DNA of 64,000 nucleotides from an uncultured Chloroflexia bacterium (GCA_963724295.1 CAVRUC010000007.1:704001-768000); one strand, 5' to 3'; shown: positions 51,380-62,282, counted from the first letter of the stretch. Made by a program: numbers and translations. The notes: generated by a model from the sequence alone, not told the origin.

Positions 51380-52825
51380 ATGCCCAAATCGGTTGTCCTT
51401 GGCGTCGACTCGAGCACCCAGTCGACGAAAGTCATCGCCGTCGATCTCGAGTCAGGTGAGGTCGCAGGCGAGGGCCGCGCTCCGCACAGCGGCCTGGACA
51501 TTCAGGATCCAGCGGAGTGGTGGGACGCGCTGGTGGCCGCAACGCGGGCGGCCGTCTCGCCTGACATGCAGGTCGCGGCCATGAGTGTCGGCGCCCAACA
51601 GCACGGCATGGTCACCCTCGATGCCGATTACGGGGTCATCCGTCCGGCGCCGCTCTGGAACAACGTCGACGCCGCTCCCGACGCCGAACGTCTCAATGCC
51701 CTGGCCGACTTCGGCCGGGAGGTTGGGACGCGCCTGGTCGCTTCGATCACTATCGCCAAGCTTGCTCACCTGGCGCGGACCTCGCCGGAAGATCTGGCGC
51801 GCACGACAGCGGTCGGGTTGCCGCACGATTGGCTCAACTTGCGGCTGACCGGAAACCTCGTCACCGACCGGGGCGAGGCGTCTGGTTCCGGCTGGTGGTC
51901 ACCACGGGACAATCGCGAACGGCGCGACCTGCTGGCGCTCGCGGTCGGAGCGGAGACGGCGGCACGGCTGCGCCTGCCGGAGGTTCACGGACCGGAGGAA
52001 ACCGCCGGCACGCTCCGGGACGACGCCGCGGCAACGCTCGGTCTGCCAGCAGGGATCCCGGTCGGACCGGGAACGGGCGACAACATGGCGGCGGCACTGG
52101 GGGTGGGCGCCGCGCCCGGGGAGATCGTGGTCAGCCTCGGCACCAGCGGCACCGCGTTTGGCGTCAGTCTGGAGCCGATCATCGACGAGACCGGGGAAGT
52201 GGAAGGCTTCGCCGATGCCACGGGCCGCTTCCTGCCGCTGGTCTGCATGCTCAATTGCACCCGCGTCGTCGACTCCGTCTCGGCCATGGTGGGACTGCCG
52301 CGGGAGGACGCGCTGGCCCGGGCGGCGTCAGTGCCGCCGGGTGCGGGCGGGCTGCTCCTGATGCCGTACCTGACCGGGGAGCGGACGCCGAACCTGCCGC
52401 GGGCAACTGGCTCGATTGCCGGATTGACCGCCGAGAACGCCACCCCGGAGTTCATGGTGCGGGCGGCACTCGATGGCGTAGCGGCGGGTCTGGCCTACGC
52501 GGTCGAGGTCTTGTCGCGTCTGGGGATCGCCGCGCCGGAGATCACGCTGGTTGGGGGAGGCAGTCAGCACCCGGCCTGGCGACAGGCGATCGCCGACGCG
52601 ACCGGTCTGCCCGTCGTCGTCCGCGGTGGAAGGGAACACGCCGCGCGGGGAGCGGCCATCCAAGCGATGGCCATCGCCCGCCAGGAGCCCCTCGACGCGG
52701 TGGTGTCACGATGGCGTCCCGAGGTCGTCGCGCGCATCGAGCCGCGACCCGAGTTTCGCGAGGCCTTCCGCCTCGAGGAACGACGCCACATGATCGACGA
52801 GTTGAAGGTCGGACAGCCGATCTAG
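51380..52825 (+). CDS. FGGY carbohydrate kinase (actinobacterial-type xylulokinase)
   Basis: GVDSSTQSTK, QQHGMV, GTGDNMAAALG, SLGTSG, PYLTGERTP. Confidence 0.88.
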   Translation: MPKSVVLGVDSSTQSTKVIAVDLESGEVAGEGRAPHSGLDIQDPAEWWDALVAATRAAVSPDMQVAAMSVGAQQHGMVTLDADYGVIRPAPLWNNVDAAPDAERLNALADFGREVGTRLVASITIAKLAHLARTSPEDLARTTAVGLPHDWLNLRLTGNLVTDRGEASGSGWWSPRDNRERRDLLALAVGAETAARLRLPEVHGPEETAGTLRDDAAATLGLPAGIPVGPGTGDNMAAALGVGAAPGEIVVSLGTSGTAFGVSLEPIIDETGEVEGFADATGRFLPLVCMLNCTRVVDSVSAMVGLPREDALARAASVPPGAGGLLLMPYLTGERTPNLPRATGSIAGLTAENATPEFMVRAALDGVAAGLAYAVEVLSRLGIAAPEITLVGGGSQHPAWRQAIADATGLPVVVRGGREHAARGAAIQAMAIARQEPLDAVVSRWRPEVVARIEPRPEFREAFRLEERRHMIDELKVGQPI

Positions 52826-54390
52826 CCGCGCTTGCGGATCGGTCGTGGCACGATCCTCGGTCCGACGCTTGCCTTGTACCAGTCGCCGAGCCGGTGGCTA
52901 ACGCCGATGACCGGTGCGTAGGCGTCCCGGAAGAGTTCGTAGAGCTCTTCATATCGGCTGTGCATCGCCGCGTTCGGTTCCGTTGCCGGACCGTAGCGGG
53001 CCCAGCGTTGCGCGGTCTCGACCGGATCAAGCTCACGAATACCGGCGGCCGCCAGGAGCGCGGCGCCCATGGCGGCTTGATCCGTGGTAGCCAGCGCATA
53101 AACGGGGAGCCCGAACATGTCGGCGACCATCTGCCGCCAGAAGGGGCTGCGCGAGCCACCACCAGCCATGACGATCCGTTCCGGGTGTGCGCCAGCATCC
53201 TGGAGCGCCGCGAAGGCATCCCGGCAGGCGAAGGTGACACCCTCCATCACCGCCCGCACCACATCACCGTGGTCGTGATGGGCAGCCAGCCCGAGAAACG
53301 CCCCCCGCGCCCCGGGATCCATGTGTGGCGTGCGCTCGCCAACCAGATAGGGCAGGAACAAGAGACCCCGAGCGCCAAGAGGAGCCTTTGCTGCCCAGCC
53401 GGTCATCCGTTCATAGGCGCCCGCCGCCGGCAGTTGCAGCATCTCGTCGCGCAGCCAGCGCAGCGCCATGCCGGCGACGAGGGTGGCCCCCATCCGGTAC
53501 CACCCGGGATGTCCCCACCCCGGCTCCAGTGCTGAGCAAAAGGCGTGAGTGCGGCCGGCGAGATCGGGATGGAAGCCTCTGTCCGGGACCATGACCTGGG
53601 CGCCGGTGCTCAGCGAGAGCAGCATCGTCTCCGGCTCGACGATGCCCGCACCCAGCAGTCCACTCGGCGCATCCCCTGTCCCGGTGACGACGGGTATTCC
53701 CGGCGGAAGCCCGAGCGCCGCCGCCGCGTCAGGTGTGATCTCACCAGCAACCGCGCTCGAGGGCTTGACCGGTGGCAGCAGGATGCTGGGAATCTCCACC
53801 GCGTCGAGCAGATCGGGGGACCAGTTGCGCCAGCGCGCGTCGAACAGCAACGAAGCCGAGCCGTCGCCGGGATCGGTCGCGGTGGCCCCGGTCATGCGGC
53901 GCCGGATCTCATCCTTGGGCGAGAGCACCCGTTTCGTTCGCCACCAGATCGAGGCTCCTTCCTCGCGCATCCAGACTGCCGTGGCCGCCATGAAACCGGT
54001 CGCCAGCGGGCTGCCGGCGATCTCGATCAGCCGCTGAGCGCCGACCTTGGCGGTCACGTCGGACGCCTGGCGGGACGACCGCTGGTCGGCCCAGATGACC
54101 GCCGGAGTGAGCACCCGTTCGTTCTCTCCGAGAAAGACCGCGCCGTGCATCTGTCCGGAGAAGCCAACCCCGCCGATCGAGACGCCTGTGCCCGACCACC
54201 CGACGGCCTGTTGCACCGCGGTGCAGGTCGCCTCCCACCACGCGTCCGGGTCCTGCTCCGCCCAGCCGGGTTGCGGCCGCAGAACCGGGTATTCGGCGCT
54301 CCCCGTGCCACGCACGGTCCCGTCGGGGTCGACCACCAGCACTTTGACCGAGGACGTGCCAAGATCGATGCCCAGAAATGCCTCGCTCAT
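52822..54390 (-). CDS. xylB: Xylulokinase
   Basis: GIDLGTSSVK, WAEQDP, SGQMHG, IWADQR, LPYLVGERTPH, GGGSRS. Confidence 0.85.
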   Translation of the reverse strand: MSEAFLGIDLGTSSVKVLVVDPDGTVRGTGSAEYPVLRPQPGWAEQDPDAWWEATCTAVQQAVGWSGTGVSIGGVGFSGQMHGAVFLGENERVLTPAVIWADQRSSRQASDVTAKVGAQRLIEIAGSPLATGFMAATAVWMREEGASIWWRTKRVLSPKDEIRRRMTGATATDPGDGSASLLFDARWRNWSPDLLDAVEIPSILLPPVKPSSAVAGEITPDAAAALGLPPGIPVVTGTGDAPSGLLGAGIVEPETMLLSLSTGAQVMVPDRGFHPDLAGRTHAFCSALEPGWGHPGWYRMGATLVAGMALRWLRDEMLQLPAAGAYERMTGWAAKAPLGARGLLFLPYLVGERTPHMDPGARGAFLGLAAHHDHGDVVRAVMEGVTFACRDAFAALQDAGAHPERIVMAGGGSRSPFWRQMVADMFGLPVYALATTDQAAMGAALLAAAGIRELDPVETAQRWARYGPATEPNAAMHSRYEELYELFRDAYAPVIGVSHRLGDWYKASVGPRIVPRPIRKRG

Positions 54391-54403
54391 GGGGCGACTC
54401 GAC

Positions 54404-55954
54404 TCACTTGAGGTCCCGGCCGGTGGGAGTCGTTGCCTGGAGATCGCTGATCGTCTGACTCAACGGCGCGACGGAGGGGTAGAACCGCTGGTACACCTCG
54501 CGAAAGATGGTCTCATAGACGGGCACCTCGCTCGGCTCTGGCGCGATCTCCTGTTGACCGTAGCGCATCGCGCCAACCGCGTCGTCGACGCTTTCGTACA
54601 CGCCCGCGCCGAGTCCACCTAACAGTGCCGCGCCCAGGGCAGTCGCCTCCTCCGCGTTGACGACGTGATGGTTGAGATTGCTCACCGACGCCTTGACGCG
54701 CATCAGGAGCGGGTTTCGCGTGCCGCCGCCGATAGCGACCACCGATTGTGGCGGCGTGACCTGCGGATAGGCTAGCAGCGGCTCCAGCGTATTGCGGCTC
54801 TCTAGCGCCAGACCCTCGAAGATGGCGCGGGTCACGGCGTCGCGACCGGCATCCATGGTGAGACCGATCAGCGCCCCCCGCGACCGCGGGTCGTCGTACG
54901 GCGGGCTCGCTAGTCTCAGGTGAGGCAGAAACAGGACGCCCAGGCTGCCGGCCGGAACACGCTCCGCGCCGGCGATCAGCTCCTCGTACGCAACCGGATC
55001 GTCGGAAGCGCCAAGGAGATCGCGCAGCCATTCGATGCTGGCGCCCGAGGTGTACTGGCCGGCGAACGCGTAGTAGCCCCCGCCGACCACGTGCGCCCCC
55101 TGGGTGTAGCCCTGGCGTCCGGCCTCGAGCGCGACCAACGGCTGCTCGGTCGGCAGAAACAGCGCCTCGGCCGTCCCCAGCGAATTGAGCATCTGCCCTG
55201 GCCGCGTGACTCCGGCCGCGAGCGCACCGCAGACATGGTCGTGTCCGCCGGATGCCACGACGGCTGTTACCGGGAGACCCGTCAGCGCAGCGGCGTCGGC
55301 CGTAACATGCCCAAGCGGCGTGCCCCCTGGCACCAGCGGCGCCAGCCGATTCAGATCGATCTCGGCCTGGGCGAGGGTTTCCTCGTGCCAGCGCTTCTGG
55401 TGCAGGTCGAGCATCAGCGTTCGCGAGGCCAGGGACAGGTCGGTTGCGCCTTCTCCGCTCAGCCGGTAGGCGATGAAATCGGCGAGCATCAGCCAGCGCG
55501 CCGATCGCGCCCAGGCGTCAGGCTCGTGCTCTCGATGCCAGAGCAGTTTGTTCAACGAGAAGATGGGTTGCAGCGAGAGGCCCGAGCGGGCGAACAGCTC
55601 GTCCTTACCGATCCGTTCCGAGAGCCACCTGGCTTGCGGACGCGTGCGGATATCGAACCAGGCGATGCAGTCGGTGGTCGCCGCTCCAGTCGCATCCACC
55701 AGCACGCCGGACTCGCCGACCGACGCGACCGCGACCGACGCGATCTGCTCAGGATTGGGCAGATCGGCGAGCGCGCCGCGAATCGCCCTGACAACGGTCT
55801 GCCACAGCTCGTCCGGGCGGTAGAACGCCCATCCTGGGCGCGGGATATGGGTTGGCGTTGGCAGAGACGAAGCGCCGGCCGCGGTGCCGTCGGTCCGGTA
55901 GACGACCGCCTTGACGCTCGTCGTGCCGACGTCCAGCCCGAGCAGGAGCGTCAC
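54404..55954 (-). CDS. FGGY carbohydrate kinase (fuculo-/xylulokinase-like)
   Basis: GLDVGTTSVK, IAWFDIR, TDLSLASRT, GGHDHVCGA, SLGTAE. Confidence 0.88.
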   Translation of the reverse strand: MTLLLGLDVGTTSVKAVVYRTDGTAAGASSLPTPTHIPRPGWAFYRPDELWQTVVRAIRGALADLPNPEQIASVAVASVGESGVLVDATGAATTDCIAWFDIRTRPQARWLSERIGKDELFARSGLSLQPIFSLNKLLWHREHEPDAWARSARWLMLADFIAYRLSGEGATDLSLASRTLMLDLHQKRWHEETLAQAEIDLNRLAPLVPGGTPLGHVTADAAALTGLPVTAVVASGGHDHVCGALAAGVTRPGQMLNSLGTAEALFLPTEQPLVALEAGRQGYTQGAHVVGGGYYAFAGQYTSGASIEWLRDLLGASDDPVAYEELIAGAERVPAGSLGVLFLPHLRLASPPYDDPRSRGALIGLTMDAGRDAVTRAIFEGLALESRNTLEPLLAYPQVTPPQSVVAIGGGTRNPLLMRVKASVSNLNHHVVNAEEATALGAALLGGLGAGVYESVDDAVGAMRYGQQEIAPEPSEVPVYETIFREVYQRFYPSVAPLSQTISDLQATTPTGRDLK

Positions 55955-56014
55955 CCCAGGGCTACCTCTTCATCCTGCCTGGCGAGCGTACGGGCCGCAA
56001 TTCACCGGCCGCGC

Positions 56015-56839
56015 TTAGGTCAGTACGGCCTGGGGACGATGAATAACATCCCGCAGGAACCCGCACATGGCGACCGGGTCGTCCGCCTGCCAGACATTGC
56101 GGCCGTAGACGACGCCCCTCGCGCCCGAGTCGAGCGCGGCGCGCGTCGCCTCCAGCACGACTTCGGGATCTGACGAGCGTACACCGCCCAGGACCAGGAC
56201 CGGCACCGGGCACCCCTCGACCACCTGGCGCATCGTTTCCGGATCGCCGGTATAGGCAGTCTTGATTGCGTCCGCGCCAAACTCGGCGGCCACACGGGCC
56301 CCGAACGCCAGCAGCTCCGGGTCCCGCTTGTCTTCGATGCGGGATCCCCACAGCACTGACTCCACAATGACCGGAATGCCCACACGCCGCGCCGCCTGAA
56401 TATTCGCCGCAACCTGGCGCGCGTTGCTGGAGAACGTGGCGCCGTCCGCGGTGCCAACAATCAGGAACATGGTGATCGCGCCGGCGCCCATGGCCAGCGC
56501 ATCCTCCGGCGAGCAGATCACTTCATAGTGCTCGCCCTGCCGGGGATCCTGGAGAAGTGCCGGCAACCCCGGATAGACCTCGCCGTTGTAGATCCAGTCC
56601 GCCCGTACGATCGGGACCGGCGATCCATGACTCGCAAAGAGTTGGCCGCCAATCTTCATCGTTCCTGGTGAGATCAGCACGCCGTTGGGATTGCCGGCAA
56701 TGATGCGCTCCAGTCCTCCCAGAACGCTTTCCGAGCCCGGTTTGGGACCAAGGGTCAGGCCATGGTCAAACGCCGCGATGAAGGATCGCCCGCTCTCGCG
56801 GTCGAAGAGTTGGCCGAGTCGAATCTCCGCGCCGTTCAC
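56015..56839 (-). CDS. Class I aldolase (DhnA/FbaB/LsrF family)
   Basis: AFDHG, RVAAEFGADAIKTAY, PVPVLVLGG, YGRNVWQ. Confidence 0.9.
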   Translation of the reverse strand: MNGAEIRLGQLFDRESGRSFIAAFDHGLTLGPKPGSESVLGGLERIIAGNPNGVLISPGTMKIGGQLFASHGSPVPIVRADWIYNGEVYPGLPALLQDPRQGEHYEVICSPEDALAMGAGAITMFLIVGTADGATFSSNARQVAANIQAARRVGIPVIVESVLWGSRIEDKRDPELLAFGARVAAEFGADAIKTAYTGDPETMRQVVEGCPVPVLVLGGVRSSDPEVVLEATRAALDSGARGVVYGRNVWQADDPVAMCGFLRDVIHRPQAVLT

Positions 56840-57035
56840 GATTCAAAGGCCTCCTGTGACGCGGGATTCGTGTCGCCGCGCCGGACTAGCTTGGGAAGCC
56901 CTTGCCTCATGCACATACCGCCGATCGGTCGGGACTTCGGGGCGGATCATAGGCCGGTCACCTATGAGCGTCAATGTCCGATCGACCCGCGCCTTGCCCT
57001 TGCAGCAATCGCACCACTGTTAGAATGCCAGGGCA

Positions 57036-58149
57036 ATGCCGGACGACACCATTGCCCTGGAAAGAACGCGAGACACCCGCGAGCGGGCGGAAATCGAGCT
57101 TGCCGTGGCCGCGCTCCATCCGGAGCGATTTGGGCTGCGGCGTCACCGTGACGGCTGGCGGAAGTCCATTGCCGGGCTTGGCAACGTGGTTTTTGCGCCA
57201 CTCGGCTGGCAGCATGCGCAATGCGCCTCATACGATCTCCATGAGGTCGACGGGGCCAGGGAGCCGCTCGATGCGCTGCGGTTTCTGGTTCGCCTCCAGG
57301 CGCGGGTCTGGGGCATGCCGCCGGAAGAGCTCGTCCCGGTCAACATCCTGGCCATCCTCCCCGACACGGGGGGCTCGGTCATCGTCGCCTATCGGGAAGA
57401 CCTGGGGTTCAACGCCGACGGCTGGCTAGGATTTGTCATCGCGGCTGGGGGCCGCTCCGGCACCCTCGTCTCCCACATGCTCGGCGTGCGCGAGGAGCAG
57501 CGGGGCACGCGCGACCTCGGTTGGCATCTCAAGCTCCTCCAGGGGTATGAAGCGCTGCGGGCAGGTCACCGCTCGGCCGTCTGGACGTTTGATCCGATGC
57601 GCGGCGCGAACGCTCGTCTCAATCTCGAAAAGCTCGGCGCGACTGTCCGCGAGCTGACGCTCGACAAATACGGGGTGCTCAGGAGCGACCTGTACGGCAA
57701 CGTGCCGAGCGATCGCTTCACCGCATACTGGGATCTCGTTTCCGCGACCACGCATGGCCGGATCGAGGACGTGCGAACCGAGCGTTATCTGGGACCGGAT
57801 CCGGAGCTGGTGCGCGCCCTCCCGGAGATCACCCAGGACAACGCCGAGGAGTTGGTGAAGACGGCTCCTCCCGCCGCTCGCTACCGGATTCCGGCCGACA
57901 TCGATGACTTGATGGCCGCGGACGACCGCCGGGCAAACAGCTGGCGCTCCGAGATGCGCGCCGCGCTCTCACCCTTCATGACGATCAAGTCGGCGCGCGT
58001 GGCACGGACGCCCGATGCCGCGCCCATAGAGATCGGCGTCGAACTTGCGGCCGGGCGCGTATGACGTGGTCGCGTTCGCGACAGACGTGCGATCTCCGGG
58101 TGACCGCGAAAACTGGTACGTCCTTCGTCGCCGCGGCGGCCAGGCGTAA
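57036..58149 (+). CDS. GNAT acyltransferase (N-succinyltransferase-like partner of OSBS/NSAR); frameshift near 58053
   Basis: LQARVWG, SHMLGV, WTFDPMRGANARLNLEKLGA, YG..PSDRF; tail ENWYVLRR in shifted frame. Confidence 0.8.
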
Positions 58150-58169
58150 CGAGCCGAAAGGCTGTTGCC

Positions 58170-59327
58170 GTGCAGACCTCGATCTCGAGCATCACCGTCC
58201 GCCGCGTGCCGCTTCGGCTCCGGCAGCCGTTCACGACGTCGTTTGGCACCTATGAGACGTTGGATCGCCCGTTCGTGGTGATCGAGACGAGCGACGGTCT
58301 GCGCGGGGTGGGCGAGGTTCCGACTTTGCTCGACCCGGCCTACAAGGCCGAAGTTGACGCGCCAGCCGTGTTGACGTCGCTGCGCGAGTTCATCGTGCCA
58401 AGCGTGGAGCGCTTTCAGCGGGAGCAGGGTCCGATCGACTCGATCTCCGCGCTGCGCGAGAGCTACGCGTGGGTCAAAGGCGCGGTCTTCGCCAAGAGCG
58501 GTGTCGAGGCCGCGATGTGGGACATCGTGGCCCAACGCAGCGGCGAGCCACTGTGGCGTTTGTGGGGCGGCGAGCGCCGCACATTCCCGGTCGGCGTGAG
58601 TATCGGCGGCAAGACCGAAGCACAGGTGCTCGATCTGGCCGAGCAGGCAGTCGCGCTCGGCTATGGCCGCCTGAAAGTGAAGATCTGGCCGGGGTTCGAC
58701 GACGAGATCGCCAGGGCGGTGCGTCGCCGATTCCCCGATATCCTCCTTCAGGTCGATGCCAACTCGGCCTACACCATGGCCAACTGGCGTCGTCTTCAGG
58801 CGCTGGACGATCTCGATCTGCTGCTCATCGAGCAGCCGCTTTTCGACGACGACATCGTGCTGCACAGCGAGATTTCCCGCGAGTTGCGGACACCGGTCTG
58901 CCTCGACGAAAGCATCCACTCCCTGCGCGACGCCCAGGCGGCGGCCACGCTCTGGGAGCGGAACGACGCGCTCGACCGCCTGATCGTCAATATCAAGCCA
59001 CCGCGGGTCTCGGGCTTCGCGGAAGCGATCGCCATCGCGCGCTTTTGTCAGGAGAAGGGAATTCAGACCTGGATCGGCGGGATGCTCGATTCGGCCTGGG
59101 GCAAGGCCATGAATCTCAATTTCAACGGCCTGCCCGAGATCGCACTTCCCGGAGACCACTTCTCACCCGGTGGGGCCTATTTCGTCGAGGACGTCACCGA
59201 GTCGCCACTCGTGGCCGAGGCAGGTCAGTTCGCGCTCGGCGACGGCGTCTCAGCCGGCGTCGCCTTCGACTGGCCGCGGTTCGAGCGCATGGGTCCGGTC
59301 GTTTGTCGGATGGACTTGATCGCCTAA
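58170..59327 (+). CDS. menC: o-succinylbenzoate synthase / N-succinylamino acid racemase (enolase superfamily)
   Basis: PFTTSFG, VGVSIG, RLKVKI.PG, VDANSAY, IEQP, CLDESI, NIKP.RV.G, GGML, LPGD. Confidence 0.85.
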   Translation: MQTSISSITVRRVPLRLRQPFTTSFGTYETLDRPFVVIETSDGLRGVGEVPTLLDPAYKAEVDAPAVLTSLREFIVPSVERFQREQGPIDSISALRESYAWVKGAVFAKSGVEAAMWDIVAQRSGEPLWRLWGGERRTFPVGVSIGGKTEAQVLDLAEQAVALGYGRLKVKIWPGFDDEIARAVRRRFPDILLQVDANSAYTMANWRRLQALDDLDLLLIEQPLFDDDIVLHSEISRELRTPVCLDESIHSLRDAQAAATLWERNDALDRLIVNIKPPRVSGFAEAIAIARFCQEKGIQTWIGGMLDSAWGKAMNLNFNGLPEIALPGDHFSPGGAYFVEDVTESPLVAEAGQFALGDGVSAGVAFDWPRFERMGPVVCRMDLIA

Positions 59328-59331
59328 GCGC

Positions 59332-60129
59332 TCAGTTTCGCTCGACGCGCTCGCCGACCATAGCGCCGGTCATGATCGCAACGGCGTCGGACATTTTGAA
59401 GTTCCGCGGCTCGATGATCGCCACCCGCTTCCCGAGGCGCTGGATGTGGACGCGATCCGCGACCTCGAACACCTGAGGCATGTTGTGACTGATCAGGATC
59501 ACCGGGAGTCCCCGGTCGCGCACCTGGCGAATCAAGTCGAGCACCATGTGCGACTCCTTGACGCCCAGCGCCGCTGTCGGCTCGTCCATGATCACGACAT
59601 GTTGTGCAAACGCCGCACTGCGTGCCACCGCCACACCCTGGCGCTGGCCGCCCGAGAGGGTCTCCACTGCCTGACCCATAGAATTGATCCCGATCTTGAG
59701 ATCCTGCATGTACGTGTTTGCTTCTCTGCGCATCCGTCGCTTGTCAAGCATACGAAGCAACGATCCCGCGAGACCTTGCCTGCGAATTTCGCGTCCGAGA
59801 AAAATGTTCTCGGAGATATCGAGCGCGGTAGCGAGCGCAAGATCCTGATAGACGGTCTCTATGCCATGCCGCCGGGCGTCGAGTGGACCGCGGAACTGAA
59901 CTGGCGTGCCGTCGACGAGAATCTCCCCCTCGTCCGGGATGAGCGCCCCCGATAGCGCCTTGATCAGCGTCGATTTGCCGGCCCCGTTATCGCCGATCAC
60001 AGCCAGAATCTCCCCGGGATAGAGTTCGAAATCGGCTCCATCCAGAGCAGTGACATGGCCGTAGCGCTTGACCAGGCCGCGGGCCTCGAGGACGGGCGTG
60101 GTTCCGTTTGCACCTGATGCGTCGCTCAT
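59332..60129 (-). CDS. Sugar ABC transporter ATP-binding protein (FrcA-like)
   Basis: GDNGAGKST, ETVYQDLA, LSGGQRQ, MDEPTAALG. Confidence 0.93.
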   Translation of the reverse strand: MSDASGANGTTPVLEARGLVKRYGHVTALDGADFELYPGEILAVIGDNGAGKSTLIKALSGALIPDEGEILVDGTPVQFRGPLDARRHGIETVYQDLALATALDISENIFLGREIRRQGLAGSLLRMLDKRRMRREANTYMQDLKIGINSMGQAVETLSGGQRQGVAVARSAAFAQHVVIMDEPTAALGVKESHMVLDLIRQVRDRGLPVILISHNMPQVFEVADRVHIQRLGKRVAIIEPRNFKMSDAVAIMTGAMVGERVERN

Positions 60130-61149
60130 TGCTGCCTTCGGCGTGCGAACTGGTCGACCGTCACGGCGAGAATCACCAGAATACCGGTGACCAGAATCTG
60201 ATAGACCGCATCGACTCCGATGAGTTGCAGACCATTGCGGAAGACGCCGACGATGAGCACCCCGACGAGCGTGCCCATGATCCTGCCACGCCCGCCAAAA
60301 AGGCTCGTACCACCCAGCACAACCGCGGTAATGCTGGCCAGATTCTCGGTCTGCCCCGTATTCGGATTCGCCAACGTGGGTGCGGCCGACCAGGAGCAGT
60401 GCGGCGATGCCGTACAAGAGCCCCGCGACGGTATACACCCCGAGCAGCAAGACAGACGTGTTAATGCCGCTGAGACGGGCCGCCTCTGGGTTGTTTCCCA
60501 CGGCATAGACGTGGCGGCCGACTGCGGTCTGGCGCAAGACGTACCATGTAATGAGATAGAGCACGAACATCAAAACCGTGCCGTAGGTGATCGAGGTTCC
60601 CGCGACCTGAAACGTGTTGCCGAAGAACGTCATCGCCTCTGGAACGTTTGTCACCGTCTGATTCTGCGAGTAGATGTACGTCGCCGCGAATGCGATGTTC
60701 AAGGTTCCCAGGGTCACGATGAACGGGGGCAGTTCCATCCGCGTGATCAGCCCGCCGTTGACCGCGCCGAACAGGGTGCAGACTCCGATCCCGAGCAGGA
60801 TCGCGGGTACGACGGGGATCCCGTTCATGACCGCCAGCTTGGTCATGACGATCGACCCCAGCGCCATGATCGCGCCGCATGAGAGATCGATACCAGCGGT
60901 GAGGATGATGAGCGTCTGGCCGATTGCCAGTACGCCGACCACCATCGACTGCTGCACCACGAGCGAGAGATTCGGTCCGGTCAGGAACCGATCGGTCTGT
61001 GTCGTAAAGTAGGCGCAAGCCAGGATCAGGGCGAGAAGCGGTCCCAGGCCAGACAGCGACGTGACCAGGCTTCGGAAACCACCATTAAGTCGCGCCGCTG
61101 GCTGTTCGACCCTGACTGCATCACCCATCATGTCGTCCTTGCGAGACAA
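60126..61149 (-). CDS. Sugar ABC transporter permease (FrcC/RbsC-like; frameshift near 60367)
   Basis: GQTLIILTAGIDLS, PPFIVTLG, GNNPEAARLSG; second frame SITAVVLGGTSLFGGRG. Confidence 0.9.
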
Positions 61150-61156
61150 GGGGAGG

Positions 61157-61188
61157 TCTCAGGTCCGGCGCTAGCGCCGGACCTGAGA
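61157..61188. terminator. Perfect 32-bp palindrome between SBP and permease (mRNA-stabilising or attenuating hairpin)
   Basis: TCTCAGGTCCGGCGCT|AGCGCCGGACCTGAGA. Confidence 0.65.
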
Positions 61189-61211
61189 TCCTTAGTCATC
61201 CTCGCTCGCGA

Positions 61212-62282
61212 CTAGCCCCAGCAATTCTCAAGACCGAAGGTGGTGTCCTCGGATTCAACACCTTCCACCGGATTGTCCGTGATGAGCGTGACGCCGGTGT
61301 CGGTGTAGCCTGATGGGGCCTCACCGGTCCGGACGAAATTGACGACCGCGTCGACGCCCATCTGCGCCATCTTCAGCGGGTACTGCTGGGAGGTCGCGGC
61401 GATCTTGCCGGCCTTGACGTCTTCGACCCCAGTGCAGCCGCCGTCAACCGAAACGATCAGCACGTCGTTCTCCCGACCGACGGCCTGAAGTGCGGTGTAG
61501 ACGCCGCGGGCGGTCGGCTCATTGATGGTGTAGACCAGGTTGATGTCCGGGTTCGCTTGCAGGCAGTTCTCCATCGCGGTCAGGCTAAGCGGCTCATCGC
61601 CGTCGGCATCCTGACTACAAACCACGCGCGGGTCTTCAGCAAGGGTCATCATATCCGCGGTAGGCGTGCTCGCGGCTCCTTCGGGCGCCCCGAATCCGGC
61701 GAGGAAGCCATTGTGGCGGAGGGCACTTACCGAAGCGCCGGTTGAGCCATCGATGGTGGCGATGATGGGCTCTGTGTCGCCCATCGCGGCCTTCGCGTAC
61801 TGGCCGATGAGAAATCCGGCCTTGAAGTTGTCCGTCGCAAAGAGCGCGTCGGTCGCTTCCATCGGCTCGGTCGGCGTGTCGAGCGCGATGACGAGCACTC
61901 CCTGCTCGCGGGCGTTTTCAATGGCGGGCACGATGGCCTTGGTATCACCAGGAGTGATCAGGATGCCGTGCACGCCGGCAGTGACCATGTTCTCCATCGC
62001 GGTGGTCTGACCCTCGTTGTCAGCGTCGAATGCCCCGGCTCCCGTCAACAGCTCGGCGCCCGCCGCATCCGCTGCCGCCTGTGCGCCTTCCTTCATCTTG
62101 ACGAAGAACGGGTTCGTCTCGGTCTTGGTGATCAACCCGACGATGACCTGCTCATCTTGTGCCGCCGCGGGTTGCATGGCGGTGAGGAGCGGAAACGCAC
62201 TCATCAGGAGCGCGATCGCCAACCAGAGGCGGGCGTTGCCGGCGTGCCGAAGCCGGCGCTGGGATCCGAAGCGACTACGCAT
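61212..62282 (-). CDS. Sugar ABC transporter substrate-binding protein (FrcB-like)
   Basis: GLITKTETNPFFVKMKEGA, FATDNF, YTINEP, SVDGGC, QQYPLKMA, NCWG. Confidence 0.92.
   Translation of the reverse strand: MRSRFGSQRRLRHAGNARLWLAIALLMSAFPLLTAMQPAAAQDEQVIVGLITKTETNPFFVKMKEGAQAAADAAGAELLTGAGAFDADNEGQTTAMENMVTAGVHGILITPGDTKAIVPAIENAREQGVLVIALDTPTEPMEATDALFATDNFKAGFLIGQYAKAAMGDTEPIIATIDGSTGASVSALRHNGFLAGFGAPEGAASTPTADMMTLAEDPRVVCSQDADGDEPLSLTAMENCLQANPDINLVYTINEPTARGVYTALQAVGRENDVLIVSVDGGCTGVEDVKAGKIAATSQQYPLKMAQMGVDAVVNFVRTGEAPSGYTDTGVTLITDNPVEGVESEDTTFGLENCWG

Noticed and set aside
51829..53535. Long alternative-frame ORFs (568 aa here; also 34536-35834, 54920-56173, 29489-30832)
   Set aside because: Arg/Pro/Gly-rich or antisense shadows of real genes, expected at high GC
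59332..61149. 605-aa permease-ATPase fusion ORF
   Set aside because: Artefact of a +1 frameshift near 60367; the true permease tail is in ORF 60126-60506 and the ATPase has its own ATG at 60129
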